Part shown: positions 9,726 through 19,182 of the stretch, piece after piece
Layout of the letters: the number at the start of each line of letters is the position of its first letter
Position numbering within the stretch: the first letter of the stretch is position 1
Position numbers and translations under genes: made by a program
Notes under the pieces: generated by a model
Seen by the model: the letters and a program-made list of their open reading frames with translations, nothing else
Databases searched by the model: none
What the model was told of the DNA's origin: nothing
Assembly: GCA_963743305.1 (NCBI GenBank)
Contig: CAVUPH010000037.1
Location: 15,177 to 79,176, forward strand
Length of the DNA stretch: 64,000 nucleotides
Origin: an uncultured delta proteobacterium
GTDB taxonomy: Bacteria > Desulfobacterota > RBG-13-43-22
Direction: 5' to 3'

Positions 9726-10788
9726 CCCTCAAGGGGACCAACGGATCCTGTTGATCAAGTTGACCTCTCTGGGAGACGTGATCCATGCCTTGCCGGTGGC
9801 CTCTCGCCTGAAAACGAGTTTTCCCCGGATTAAGTTATATTGGGTGGTGGAGGACCGCTGCGCCCCGATTCTGGAAGCCCATCCCCTGTTGGAGGGGGTC
9901 GTGGTCTATCCCCGGAAAAAGATTCAAGCCCTTCTGGCCCGGAAGTCCTGGGGCGAGGCCTGGAGCGAGTTGGTTCGCTTGCGCCGGGCCTTAAGGGATC
10001 TGCGGATTGACCTGTCCATCGATCTGCAGGGGTTGGCCAAATCGGGGCTGATGGCCCTTCTGGCCGGGGCCCCCCGCCGATTGGGCTGCACCGGCTTGAA
10101 GGAATTCAGTTATTGGGTTTCCCGGCAGATCCCGGAAGGGGAGGGCTTACACGCCGTGGACCGCAATCTGAAAGTGGCTGAATTCCTGGGGTGCCCTCCG
10201 GGACCCCCGGATTTCCAACTGGGCCTTCGCTCGGAAGAGAGGACCTGGGCCGACCATTTTCTCCAGACCCAAGGGGTGAGGGAAGGCGAAAAAATCATCG
10301 GTCTGCAGGTGGGGGCCTCCCTGCCCCAAAAATGCTGGCCCCTTAATCAATGGGGCGCTCTACTGGAGCGCCTTTCCCTTTTGGAAGGGGTTCAGGTGGT
10401 TCTGCTGGGGGACGCGCAGGATCGGCAGCGGTTTCTGGGTCAAGTCCCGATTTCCGGCCGGGGAGTCATCGACGGCTTGGGCCGGCTCTCCCTGCGGCAC
10501 TTGGCGGCCGTGATGGAAAGATGCCGGCTAGTGGTGGGATCCGACACCGGACCCCTCCATCTGGCGGTGGCCTTGGGCCTGCCGGTGGTGGGGCTTTACG
10601 GACCCGACGACCCACGCTTTACCGGACCTTACGGGAAGGGCAACAGAATTCATTATAAAAAATTGGCGTGCAGCCCCTGTTATAAAAATCCTACTTGCCA
10701 GGGACGGTTCGACTGCTTGCGGGCCATCGAGGCCCCGGAAGTCTTTGAATCCCTCCGGGAACTTTTGGAGATCGGCGACCGTGTATAG
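9685..10788 (+). CDS. Glycosyltransferase family 9 (WaaC-like heptosyltransferase I); start uncertain
   Basis: IKLTSLGDVIHALP, IDLQGLAKSG, GSDTGPLHLA. Confidence 0.85.
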   Translation: MFWKRSGQLTGFIDPQGDQRILLIKLTSLGDVIHALPVASRLKTSFPRIKLYWVVEDRCAPILEAHPLLEGVVVYPRKKIQALLARKSWGEAWSELVRLRRALRDLRIDLSIDLQGLAKSGLMALLAGAPRRLGCTGLKEFSYWVSRQIPEGEGLHAVDRNLKVAEFLGCPPGPPDFQLGLRSEERTWADHFLQTQGVREGEKIIGLQVGASLPQKCWPLNQWGALLERLSLLEGVQVVLLGDAQDRQRFLGQVPISGRGVIDGLGRLSLRHLAAVMERCRLVVGSDTGPLHLAVALGLPVVGLYGPDDPRFTGPYGKGNRIHYKKLACSPCYKNPTCQGRFDCLRAIEAPEVFESLRELLEIGDRV

Positions 10789-11677
10789 ACTGCTTTATCT
10801 TTTGGTCATCCTGCTTTCCCTTATCCCCAGGAAGATCGGGTTGTTTTTGGGCGAAGGATTGGGGAGCGGATTATTTTACCTGTTAAAAAGAAGAAGGCAG
10901 ATCGCTTTTCAGAATGTTACGACGGCTTTTGGGGATCAAAAATCAGAAGCCGAGCGCTGGAACCTGGTGAAACAATGCTTCCAGGGAATCGGCCGACACT
11001 TTTTCGAGGCCGTGTATCTGTTCCGCTACAGTGCCGAGCGCGTCAAAAAATACGTCCGCTTCACGGGGATCGAACACTACCAGGCGGCCAAGGCCCAGGG
11101 GAAGGGGATCGCTTTTCTAACGGGCCATTTCGGGTGCTGGGAACTGATGCCGATCAGCTTCGGGTACTTTTTTGAGCCGACCTACGTGATCGTCAAGCCG
11201 CTGGATTTCGAACCGGCGGAAAAACTTTCCCGGGCACTGCGGGAGGTCAGCGGCAACCGAGTGGTATCCAAAGAGCGGTCCATGCGGGTCTTGATTAAAC
11301 TGCTAAGGGAGAAAAAAAACCTGGGCATCTTGATGGACCAGAACATCGACTGGAAGGACGGAGTCTTTGTCGATTTTTTTGGGCGACGGGCCTGCACCAA
11401 CAAGGGCCTGGCCTTGTTGGTCCTAAGCACGGGGGCTCCGGTGGTGCCGGGTTTCATGGTCTACGAGGGAAACGGGCACTATCGGTTGGAACTCCAACCC
11501 CCAGTGCCCTGGCTGGATTTCGGCGACCGGACCAAAAACATCGAGGAAAACACGGCCCAGTATAATCGGGTTATCGAGGCCATGGCCCGACGCTACCCGG
11601 ACCACTACTTCTGGGTCCACCAGCGTTGGAAGACCCGTCCCTATCAGCCCTGGCCGAGGGAGGAGGGGAAGCGCTGA
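10781..11677 (+). CDS. Lipid A late acyltransferase (LpxL/HtrB family)
   Basis: GHFGCWE, LMDQ, FVDFFG, PDHYFWVHQRWKTRP motifs; GTG start overlaps the upstream stop. Confidence 0.9.
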   Translation: MYRLLYLLVILLSLIPRKIGLFLGEGLGSGLFYLLKRRRQIAFQNVTTAFGDQKSEAERWNLVKQCFQGIGRHFFEAVYLFRYSAERVKKYVRFTGIEHYQAAKAQGKGIAFLTGHFGCWELMPISFGYFFEPTYVIVKPLDFEPAEKLSRALREVSGNRVVSKERSMRVLIKLLREKKNLGILMDQNIDWKDGVFVDFFGRRACTNKGLALLVLSTGAPVVPGFMVYEGNGHYRLELQPPVPWLDFGDRTKNIEENTAQYNRVIEAMARRYPDHYFWVHQRWKTRPYQPWPREEGKR

Positions 11678-11849
11678 GCGCCGGGCGTGGAGCGAAAAGA
11701 AGATGGGAGAGGGAAGAGGGAAGCGATAAGAAGAGAGAAGGGGGAAGAGAGAAGAGAGCAAAAGAGGAAAAGAACTGGGAAGAGTGCAGCGCAGCCGCCC
11801 TCTATCAATTGATTATTGATTATTCGTTTTGCCTTTATCAGAAACCGTG

Positions 11850-12999
11850 ATGGAAAAAGGGACAGATAAAAAATTTAGGATTCTCCATACCGAATGGTCG
11901 GAAGGCTGGGGCGGGCAGGAAATCCGCATCTTGCTGGAAATGAGGGAACATCGACGGCAAGGTCATCAGGTCCGGATCCTCTGCCCTCCCCGAACGAAAC
12001 TGGCGGAAGAGGCCGGGAAGATGGGGATCGAGGTCATTCCCCACAAGATTAGAACCGCCTGGGAGCCCGGGGCTGTCCTGCGGATAAAAAATCTGATTCG
12101 GGAATTAAAGATCGACGTGCTGCACACCCATAGTTCGGTGGACAGTTGGGCCGGGGGCCTGGCCGGGCGCTGGGCCAAAGTTCCGGTGTTGGTTCGCACC
12201 CGTCATATTTCGGTGCGGGTGAGACGGCCCTGGTTGAACCGGGTCTATTATTTGCCCGATGCCATCATTACTACGGGGGAGCATATCCGCCGGGAATTGC
12301 TCCAAACCCACAAGATCCCAACCGAACGGATCGTTTCCATCCCCACTGGGGCGGATACGGGCCGATTTCAAGCCCGGCCCCCGGACCTGGACTTAAAGAA
12401 GAGGATGGGGCTGCCGCATCGACAGCCCGGTCGTCACCCTGGTGGCCGTTTTGAGGGCCCAGAAACGCCATGAACTGGTGATCGCCGCCGCCGCCGAGCT
12501 GATCAAGGTTTTTCCCCAGGCCCGGTTTCTTTTTGTGGGGGACGGTCCCGGCCGTGATCGAGTGGAACAGGAAATAAGAAAAGCTCAACTGGAGGATCGA
12601 ATCCTCATGACCGGCTATCGAGAGGATATTCCGGAAATCCTGTCTTTTACCGATTTAGGAATTATTTCTTCGGTGGCGGAAGGGGTCCCCCAGTTTCTTT
12701 TCCAGATTATGGCCATGGGTAAACCGGTCATTGCCACCGCTGTGGGCGGGATCCCGGATATCATCACCTCCGGGGTAACCGGAATATTGATCCCGCCGGA
12801 AGACCCAGCGGCTCTGGTTAAGGCCATGGTTCAGGCGCTACGAGATCCGGAATCGGCCGGGCGCCTGGGCGAGGAAGGCCGCCGGCTGGTGGAACAGGAA
12901 TATACGGTGGAAAAAATGGCCGAAAAGGTTTATAGGGTTTATCAGCAGGTTTATGAGCGGAAACAAGGAAACTCACTGGAGATTCAGGACAATCGATAA
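11850..12999 (+). CDS. Glycosyltransferase family 4 (frameshift near 12415)
   Basis: ILHTEWSEGWGGQEIRIL and HTHSSVDSW in one frame; EGVPQ...MAMGKPVIATAVGGIPD in the next. Confidence 0.85.
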
Positions 13000-13087
13000 G
13001 AAATCCCTCCCAACCTCCCTTTCCAAAAGGGAGGAGTCATAAGGAAAAAGGGTTCCCCCCTTTGGAAAGGGGGGAGGGGGGATTTCT
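12999..13087. repeat. REP-like double-hairpin element
   Basis: agaaatccctccc...ggggggatttct outer inverted repeat enclosing ctccctttccaaaagggag and ccccctttggaaaggggg hairpins. Confidence 0.75.
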
Positions 13088-13104
13088 CGGAAGGAGTAAA
13101 ATAG

Positions 13105-14044
13105 ATGAGAATATTGATAACCGGGGCCGCCGGATTCATTGGCTCCCACCTGGCCGAGGCGCTGCTGGGCCTAGGGCATCAGGTAATCGGGATCGATAAC
13201 TTTTTGGATTATTATCCTCGCTGGATGAAGGAAAAGAATCTGGAAAAGGTTCGTACCCAATCGGAGTTTGAATTCATTGAAGCGGATCTCCTGGATACCG
13301 ATTTGGTCGGTCTGGTAAAGCCCCTGGAGGGTATCATTCATCTGGCCGCCCAGGCCGGGGTCCGAGCCAGTTGGGGAGAGAACTTCCGTACTTATTCAGA
13401 CAACAACATCCTGGCCACCCAACGATTATTGGAAGCCTGCCGGGGAGAAGGGATCAAGAAATTCATCTATGCTTCTTCGTCCTCGCTTTACGGAGATACG
13501 GATGACTTACCGATGCGGGAAGAGTCCATCCTGCGGCCGGTGTCCCCTTACGGGGTATCCAAGGCGGCGGGGGAATATCTGGCCTATCTGTATTATAGAA
13601 ACTTCGGACTGCCGACCGTTGCCCTGCGGTTTTTCACCGTCTATGGTCCCCGGCAGCGGCCCGACATGGCCTTCCATCGCTTTTTTAAGGCCGGGCTGGA
13701 GGGGAAACCGCTGGTGGTCTGGGGGGATGGGGAACAGTCCCGGGATTTTACCTTTATCGATGATATCGTCCAGGGCTGTCGGCGGGCGCTGGAGGCCGGA
13801 CGAGACGGGTCCGTCTACAACATCGGGGGAGGGAGCCGCCGGACCTTGAACGAGATTCTGGAAGCCATGCGCCGGATTACTGGAAACCCCCTGGAAGTAC
13901 AAGTACCAGCCGGTTCAAAAGGGGGACGTGCGCCATACCGGGGCCAGCCTGGAGAAAATCAAGAAGGATCTGGGCTACCAGCCCCAGGTTTCCATGATGG
14001 AAGGTCTGGAGCGGGAATGGGAGTGGATGCAAGCACTTTTATAA
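13105..14044 (+). CDS. NAD-dependent epimerase/dehydratase (UDP-glucuronate 4-epimerase-like); frameshift near 13900
   Basis: TGAAGFIG, HLAAQAGVR, YGVSK, RFFTVYGPRQRPDMAF; the shifted frame continues VQKGDVRHT...LGYQPQVS to TAA 14044. Confidence 0.9.
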
Positions 14045-14125
14045 AAAAGGTAATGTGATAGATTTATCCGTAACCAAACAACCCAAATAACCCAATCAAG
14101 GAAATGAACCAATACTGGAGGTGTT

Positions 14126-14299
14126 ATGGCGGTCAGTAAAGAACTGCTGGATATTTTAGCCTGCCCGAAATGCAAGGGCGATCTTCGCCTGAATGAGGCG
14201 GGGGACGGATTAATCTGTGAGGCCTGCAAACTGATCTACGAGATCAAGGACGACATCCCGATCATGCTCATCGAGGAGGCCAAGCCCTGCGAGGGCTGA
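14126..14299 (+). CDS. Trm112/YcaR family protein (57 aa, below the ORF track cutoff)
   Basis: GGAGG RBS; MAVSKELLDILACPKCKGDL...LICEACKLIYEIKDDIPIMLIEEA. Confidence 0.92.
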   Translation: MAVSKELLDILACPKCKGDLRLNEAGDGLICEACKLIYEIKDDIPIMLIEEAKPCEG

Positions 14300-14594
14300 A
14301 GCGGCCGGCCAACCCTTTCTTGCTGGCGCCGGCGGGCTCTGAGCGGGGTTGATTACCCGTTTTCGATTTTTTGGACTCCCCTAGATTTTTGTAACGGCCG
14401 GCATTTCTAACAAAAAGAATCGGGCCGCGGCAAACTGCCCTTTGAACTCGCTTCCACCTACTAATGTTCAACACTTTAAGGTTGGGGAAAAAGGATTACC
14501 AATTGAAAGTGAGTGGTTACATTCCAGGTTACCGGTGGGCTTTTGAGCCATCAGCGAGATAGCTCGTCCGGGGTTTCAGAAGCAAAGGATTTTT

Positions 14595-15455
14595 TTATTT
14601 TAAGACCATCGGCAGATACAAATAATAACTACGGTTGACATAATTGAAGATCACTCGTGAACCGCTGTCCGGGTCGGCAAATGTCCTGTTCAGTCCGGCC
14701 GCAAGGAAGCTCGCATCTTGTGATTGCCCGTAAACCCGGAGGACGTCGACCGTGACGTTCCGGCTATAGAGCATCTGGAACGAGGAGTTGGTGCCATAGA
14801 TGCGGGTGAGGGCGGTCAGCGCCCTGAAGTCTGCGCTGCCAAATGTATTGTCGAAGATGATTTTGCCGCCTTCGTTGGCCAGATTGTTTAAAACGCTGTC
14901 GGTGATGAGGCCGTTGTTTGTGATCTGGATATTCCCCAGGGTGCCGTTGGCGGTGAGGTTTAAAGTGGTGGGGGCGGAGATAGTTCCGTTGTTTAAAATG
15001 TAGGTTTTATTGTACTGGTCAAGAACGTTCAGGGTTCCGGAGAACTGGCCGTTGTTCTGGAGATTGGTCCAGGCCCCGTCAGTCTCGAAGTTGAGTGTAC
15101 CGTTGAACGTGCTGTTGCTCAGAAAATTAATAGTTCCCCAGCAGGCGTTAGTGACATTAAACCCTCCGCTTAGGTAATTGTCGGATTTGAAGTTGAATAT
15201 CCCCCCGCAATTATTAATGTTCCCGGAGCCGTGGATCCCAGCCGTATTTAAGAAATCAACCGTTAAACCCTCGCCAATGCGGATCGTGCCGCCGCCCCAG
15301 GTGACCGGCTGCGAAATAAGGAACTGCGTGTTCTCGGTAATCGTCAGTGTATCCCCCTGGCCAGGCAAGTCAGCGCCTGTCAGAGTGATTGCATGAGATG
15401 TCAGCGGAGACAGGACCAGAACCAGGACCAGGACGAATAGAAGTATCGGTTGCAT
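14595..15455 (-). CDS. Secreted Asn/Gly/Thr-rich protein (probable beta-helix) with C-terminal YLYLPMVLK tail
   Basis: AGGAGG RBS, signal peptide ending SHA, beta-rich repetitive sequence, terminal LYLPMVLK. Confidence 0.8.
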   Translation of the reverse strand: MQPILLFVLVLVLVLSPLTSHAITLTGADLPGQGDTLTITENTQFLISQPVTWGGGTIRIGEGLTVDFLNTAGIHGSGNINNCGGIFNFKSDNYLSGGFNVTNACWGTINFLSNSTFNGTLNFETDGAWTNLQNNGQFSGTLNVLDQYNKTYILNNGTISAPTTLNLTANGTLGNIQITNNGLITDSVLNNLANEGGKIIFDNTFGSADFRALTALTRIYGTNSSFQMLYSRNVTVDVLRVYGQSQDASFLAAGLNRTFADPDSGSRVIFNYVNRSYYLYLPMVLK

Positions 15456-15752
15456 GATTTGTTTCCTCCTTTAATAGGGGCCGCTGGGGCTTCGAAGCTT
15501 ACAAATGGATAGCAACGGCAAAAAATAACAAATTCTCTTAGATTGGGTGTGGTTTCTACTACTTACAATTTAACTCCCTGTGCGACATCTTTGAGTCGAG
15601 CAGTCCGGGTCTTCCGATCCTATTAGGTTGAGTTAAGTTGAGGTTTGTTTTCTCGGTTAGCCACCTGGTTTTCCGGCGGGTCCCAATAATTCACCAAACA
15701 TGCGTTTGTCCCGACCCCTCTCAGAGCCGGACTTGAAGATTAACTGCCGAAC

Positions 15753-15786
15753 AAAAAACCCCACCTTTCTTATGAAAAATGGGGTC
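15753..15786 (-). terminator. Intrinsic terminator-like hairpin in the leader of the secreted-protein gene
   Basis: Minus strand accccatttttc-ataa-gaaaggtggggt followed by a T run. Confidence 0.65.
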
Positions 15787-16174
15787 TAATATTTTTTCCA
15801 TTGACACTCCTTGGTTTAAGGCGGCCAAAAAGAAGAGTTTATCACGTAACTCAATAATGCCTACTCTTTCATGCCCATAAAGTCAATAAACTTCAATCGT
15901 CTATTCGTTGGTTAGCGATTATAATCTGCCACTTTTTTCAGAATAGAAATTTGAGGATTTCAGGAAGTACTCCGACCAGGCCAGGACTGGTAATCCCCAA
16001 CCACTCAGGCACCCCATCCCCGCCGGGCGTCATGTTCTCATGCAAGTCCATCTAATATCTATTGGGTCGCAAAGGAGCCGGAGATAGGGAAGGGTTTCCC
16101 GTCTGGAGACGAAACCATCTAGATCTGGAGATATAAGCATTGATTATTTATATAATTTTTTCTATTATGGACCT

Positions 16175-16906
16175 ATGCTTTCCGTAACCATTATCACTTT
16201 AAATGAGGAGCGAAACCTCCGGGATTGCCTGGAAAGCGTGCGGTTCGCCGATGAAATCATCGTGGTGGATTCGGGGAGCCGGGATTTGACCCGGGCCATT
16301 GCGAGAGAATACCAAGCTCAGGTTTTTCAGGAACCCTGGAAGGGTTTCGCCGGGCAAAAAAATAGCGCTCAGGAAAAGGCCAAAGGGCACTGGATCTTGA
16401 ATATCGATGCCGATGAACGGGTAACGGAAGGATTGCGATTGGAAATTCAAAAGGTCCTTAGGGAGGGCCCTCCGGCGGCCGGTTTTCGGATGCCGCGGAA
16501 GAACTTTTTTTGCGGGCAATGGGTCCGGCACGGCGGGTGGTATCCCAACTACCAGTTGCGGCTCTATAGAAAGGATGCCGGGAAATTCGCTTCCCGGGAG
16601 GTCCATGAACAGGTGGAGGTCAAAGGACCGGTGGAGAACCTAACCTCACCCCTGGAACATTATACCTACCAATCTATCTCGGATTATATCCAAAGAATGG
16701 ACCGCTATTCGGAGTTGTCCGCCCGTCAATATCTGAAGGAGGGCCGGCGGGTATCCTGGCCGGAAATTCTTTTCCGGTCCTGGTTCACCTTCATTCAGAT
16801 GTGGGTTCTGAAAAGGGGCTTCCTGGATGGGGCCAACGGGCTGATATTGGCCGCACTCTACAGTCAGTACACTTTTATTAAATATTCCAAGCTTAAAAAA
16901 CTATAA
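16175..16906 (+). CDS. Glycosyltransferase family 2 (KdtX/LgtF-like LPS core transferase)
   Basis: LSVTIITLNEE, VDSGSRD, LNIDADE, GWYPNYQLRLY, VHE, GFLDG. Confidence 0.9.
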   Translation: MLSVTIITLNEERNLRDCLESVRFADEIIVVDSGSRDLTRAIAREYQAQVFQEPWKGFAGQKNSAQEKAKGHWILNIDADERVTEGLRLEIQKVLREGPPAAGFRMPRKNFFCGQWVRHGGWYPNYQLRLYRKDAGKFASREVHEQVEVKGPVENLTSPLEHYTYQSISDYIQRMDRYSELSARQYLKEGRRVSWPEILFRSWFTFIQMWVLKRGFLDGANGLILAALYSQYTFIKYSKLKKL

Positions 16907-16921
16907 AGTAAAATATTCAAA

Positions 16922-18034
16922 ATGAATATTTTAATAATTAAATTAAGGCATTTAGGTGATGTACTCATCACTACTCCGGTTTTGTCGGCTTTAAGGGAGG
17001 CCTATCCCCAGGCTAAGATCAGTATGGTGGTCAATCCGGGAACCGAGGATATGGTCCGGGGTCATCCGGACCTGGCCGAGGTCATCACCCTTCCCCGGGC
17101 ACAGGACCCTAACTTTAGAAAAGAGCTGCCCTCTCAGTTAAAGTTTATTAAAGATCTTCGTAATAAACATTTTGATATTTCAATAGATTTTACTATTGGA
17201 GACCGGGGGGCGATCCTCTCATTCCTGTCGGGGGCGCCTAAGCGATTAGGGTTTTCTCCCAGAAGAGGGAAACAATGGTGGTGGAGGCTGGCGTATACCC
17301 AGACCTGGCCGCAACCTGAGCCCAACAAACCCATTGTCGAATCCCACCTGGAAATGCTGCGTCTTCTCGGCCTAAGGCCGAATAAGAAAAAGTTACAATT
17401 TGCCTGGTCCCCGGAGGATGAAGCCGGTCTGAAAACCGCCTTGTCCCGGCAGGGAGGGAACAACGAGAATCCTTATGTGGTGGTTCACCCCACCTCCCGC
17501 TGGATGTTCAAGACCTGGCGTTTGGACGGGTATGCCCGGGTCATCGACCACCTTGAGGAGGTTTGCGGCCTCAAGGTCATGGTCACCGGGGGTCCGGAGG
17601 ACAAGGAACTAGCGGCCATTCAAGCCATCCTCTCCCAGTGCCGGACGCACCCTCTGGATCTGTCCGGCCGGTTGACTTTGAAACAACTGGGGTGTTTGAT
17701 CGGCGGGGCACGGCTCTTTTTCGGAGTGGACAGCGCCCCCATGCATATGGCCGCGGCCGTGGAAACGCCGGTCCTGGCCCTCTTCGGTCCGTCCGGGGAT
17801 ATCATGTGGGGACCCTGGGGGAAAGGACACCGGGTGATCAAAAAGAATTGGCCCTGTCGGCCCTGCGGCCGGGATGGCTGTGAGGGCAGCAAGGTCAGCC
17901 GCTGTCTGGAGGAAATCACCGCCGAGGAGGCGATCTCCGGAATTGAATCTTTGCTGGGCAGGATTACTGTAAGGCCGATCAGGCACAAGGAAAACAAAAG
18001 AGGATTTCTGATCAGGAGACTGTTATTGATATGA
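16922..18034 (+). CDS. waaQ: LPS heptosyltransferase III-like (GT9)
   Basis: IIKLRHLGDVLITTP, HPTSRWMFKTW, GVDSAPMHMAAA, LFGPS are characteristic of RfaQ. Confidence 0.8.
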   Translation: MNILIIKLRHLGDVLITTPVLSALREAYPQAKISMVVNPGTEDMVRGHPDLAEVITLPRAQDPNFRKELPSQLKFIKDLRNKHFDISIDFTIGDRGAILSFLSGAPKRLGFSPRRGKQWWWRLAYTQTWPQPEPNKPIVESHLEMLRLLGLRPNKKKLQFAWSPEDEAGLKTALSRQGGNNENPYVVVHPTSRWMFKTWRLDGYARVIDHLEEVCGLKVMVTGGPEDKELAAIQAILSQCRTHPLDLSGRLTLKQLGCLIGGARLFFGVDSAPMHMAAAVETPVLALFGPSGDIMWGPWGKGHRVIKKNWPCRPCGRDGCEGSKVSRCLEEITAEEAISGIESLLGRITVRPIRHKENKRGFLIRRLLLI

Positions 18035-19182
18035 AGATCGCTTTGATTCGGCGCCGCTATTCGCCCCACGGCGGGGCTGAGAAGTATGTGGACCGACTGG
18101 CTCAAAAACTGCTGTCCCTGGGCCATGAAGTCCATCTGTTTAGCGCGGGATGGCCCCAGAGACCGGGTTTGGTTCTCCATCCCCTTCCCCTTTACCGCGG
18201 GCCCGGGCTGAGTAAGCTGTTCCTTTTTAACCGGAAGGTGGAAAAGGCCGTGGATCGGAAAGCCTTTGACGTGGTTCAGAGTTTTGAGAAAACCGCCTGT
18301 CAGGACATCTATCGGGCCGGGGAAGGCTGCCATCGGGAGTGGCTGAAGCAACGGGGGAAATACGAATCCTTTCCTGAAAGAATAGGGGCGGCCATCAACC
18401 CCTTTCACTGGCTGACTTTGGCCCTGGAAAGAAGGCTTTTTGAACGGAGTGACACTCGGTTTTTTATCGCCAATTCTCAGAGGGGTAGACAGGAGATCCT
18501 GACTCACTACCGGACGGCGCCGGAGAAAATCAAGGTCATTTACAATGCCGTGGAGCTATCTCCCGAATCGACCGCACCGGCAGTGACGGGTCGTCGGGTC
18601 GGCGAAGAGAAAATCCTCCTTTTTGTCGGTTCGGGATTCCGGCGCAAGGGGCTTCATTTTCTCATCAGGGCCCTACCAGACATTCTAAAGGAAGTCGAGG
18701 CCCGGCTGATCGTGGTCGGGGAGGGGAATCAGGGGAAGGCCGCGCGCCTGGCCGCCTCCCTGGGGGTTGGCCGCCAGATTTCTTTCATCGGACCGGTAAA
18801 GGACCCCGGTCCCTACTATCAAGGAGCAGATGTGTTTGTACTGCCGAGCCTCTACGAACCCTTCAGCAACGCCTGTCTGGAAGCGATGTCCCGGGGCTTG
18901 CCGGTGGTCACCACCGAAATGAACGGGGCCTCGGAAGCCCTCGTGTCCGGGGAAAATGGGGTGGTGGTTCGGGATCCGGCAGACTTGAAGGATTTGGCGC
19001 CGGCGGTTATTCGGGCCTTGAGGTTGAAACGAGAGGATCTCGATCCGATTCACCGGCGGATTCTGGCCCGGCATACCTGGGAGAAACACTTAGAGGAATT
19101 GTTGAAACTTTATATGCAAGTTATTGAAAAAAATAATTTAAACAAGATTACTTCTCTCTACTCCGGGAAGGACTCATCATGA
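18031..19182 (+). CDS. Glycosyltransferase family 4 (WaaG/WabG-like)
   Basis: RRRYSPHGGAE, DIYRAGEGCHREW, FVGSGFRRKG, YEPFSNACLEAM. Confidence 0.9.
   Translation: MKIALIRRRYSPHGGAEKYVDRLAQKLLSLGHEVHLFSAGWPQRPGLVLHPLPLYRGPGLSKLFLFNRKVEKAVDRKAFDVVQSFEKTACQDIYRAGEGCHREWLKQRGKYESFPERIGAAINPFHWLTLALERRLFERSDTRFFIANSQRGRQEILTHYRTAPEKIKVIYNAVELSPESTAPAVTGRRVGEEKILLFVGSGFRRKGLHFLIRALPDILKEVEARLIVVGEGNQGKAARLAASLGVGRQISFIGPVKDPGPYYQGADVFVLPSLYEPFSNACLEAMSRGLPVVTTEMNGASEALVSGENGVVVRDPADLKDLAPAVIRALRLKREDLDPIHRRILARHTWEKHLEELLKLYMQVIEKNNLNKITSLYSGKDSS

Noticed and set aside
15411-15434. Hexamer repeat (GTCCTG-like) encoding VLVLVLVL
   Set aside because: Short, in frame and explained by the hydrophobic core of a signal peptide
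16040-16120. c-di-GMP-I riboswitch-like gggtcgcaaagg
   Set aside because: No GGCAAA/GNRA-capped P2 stem and no convincing P1 pairing
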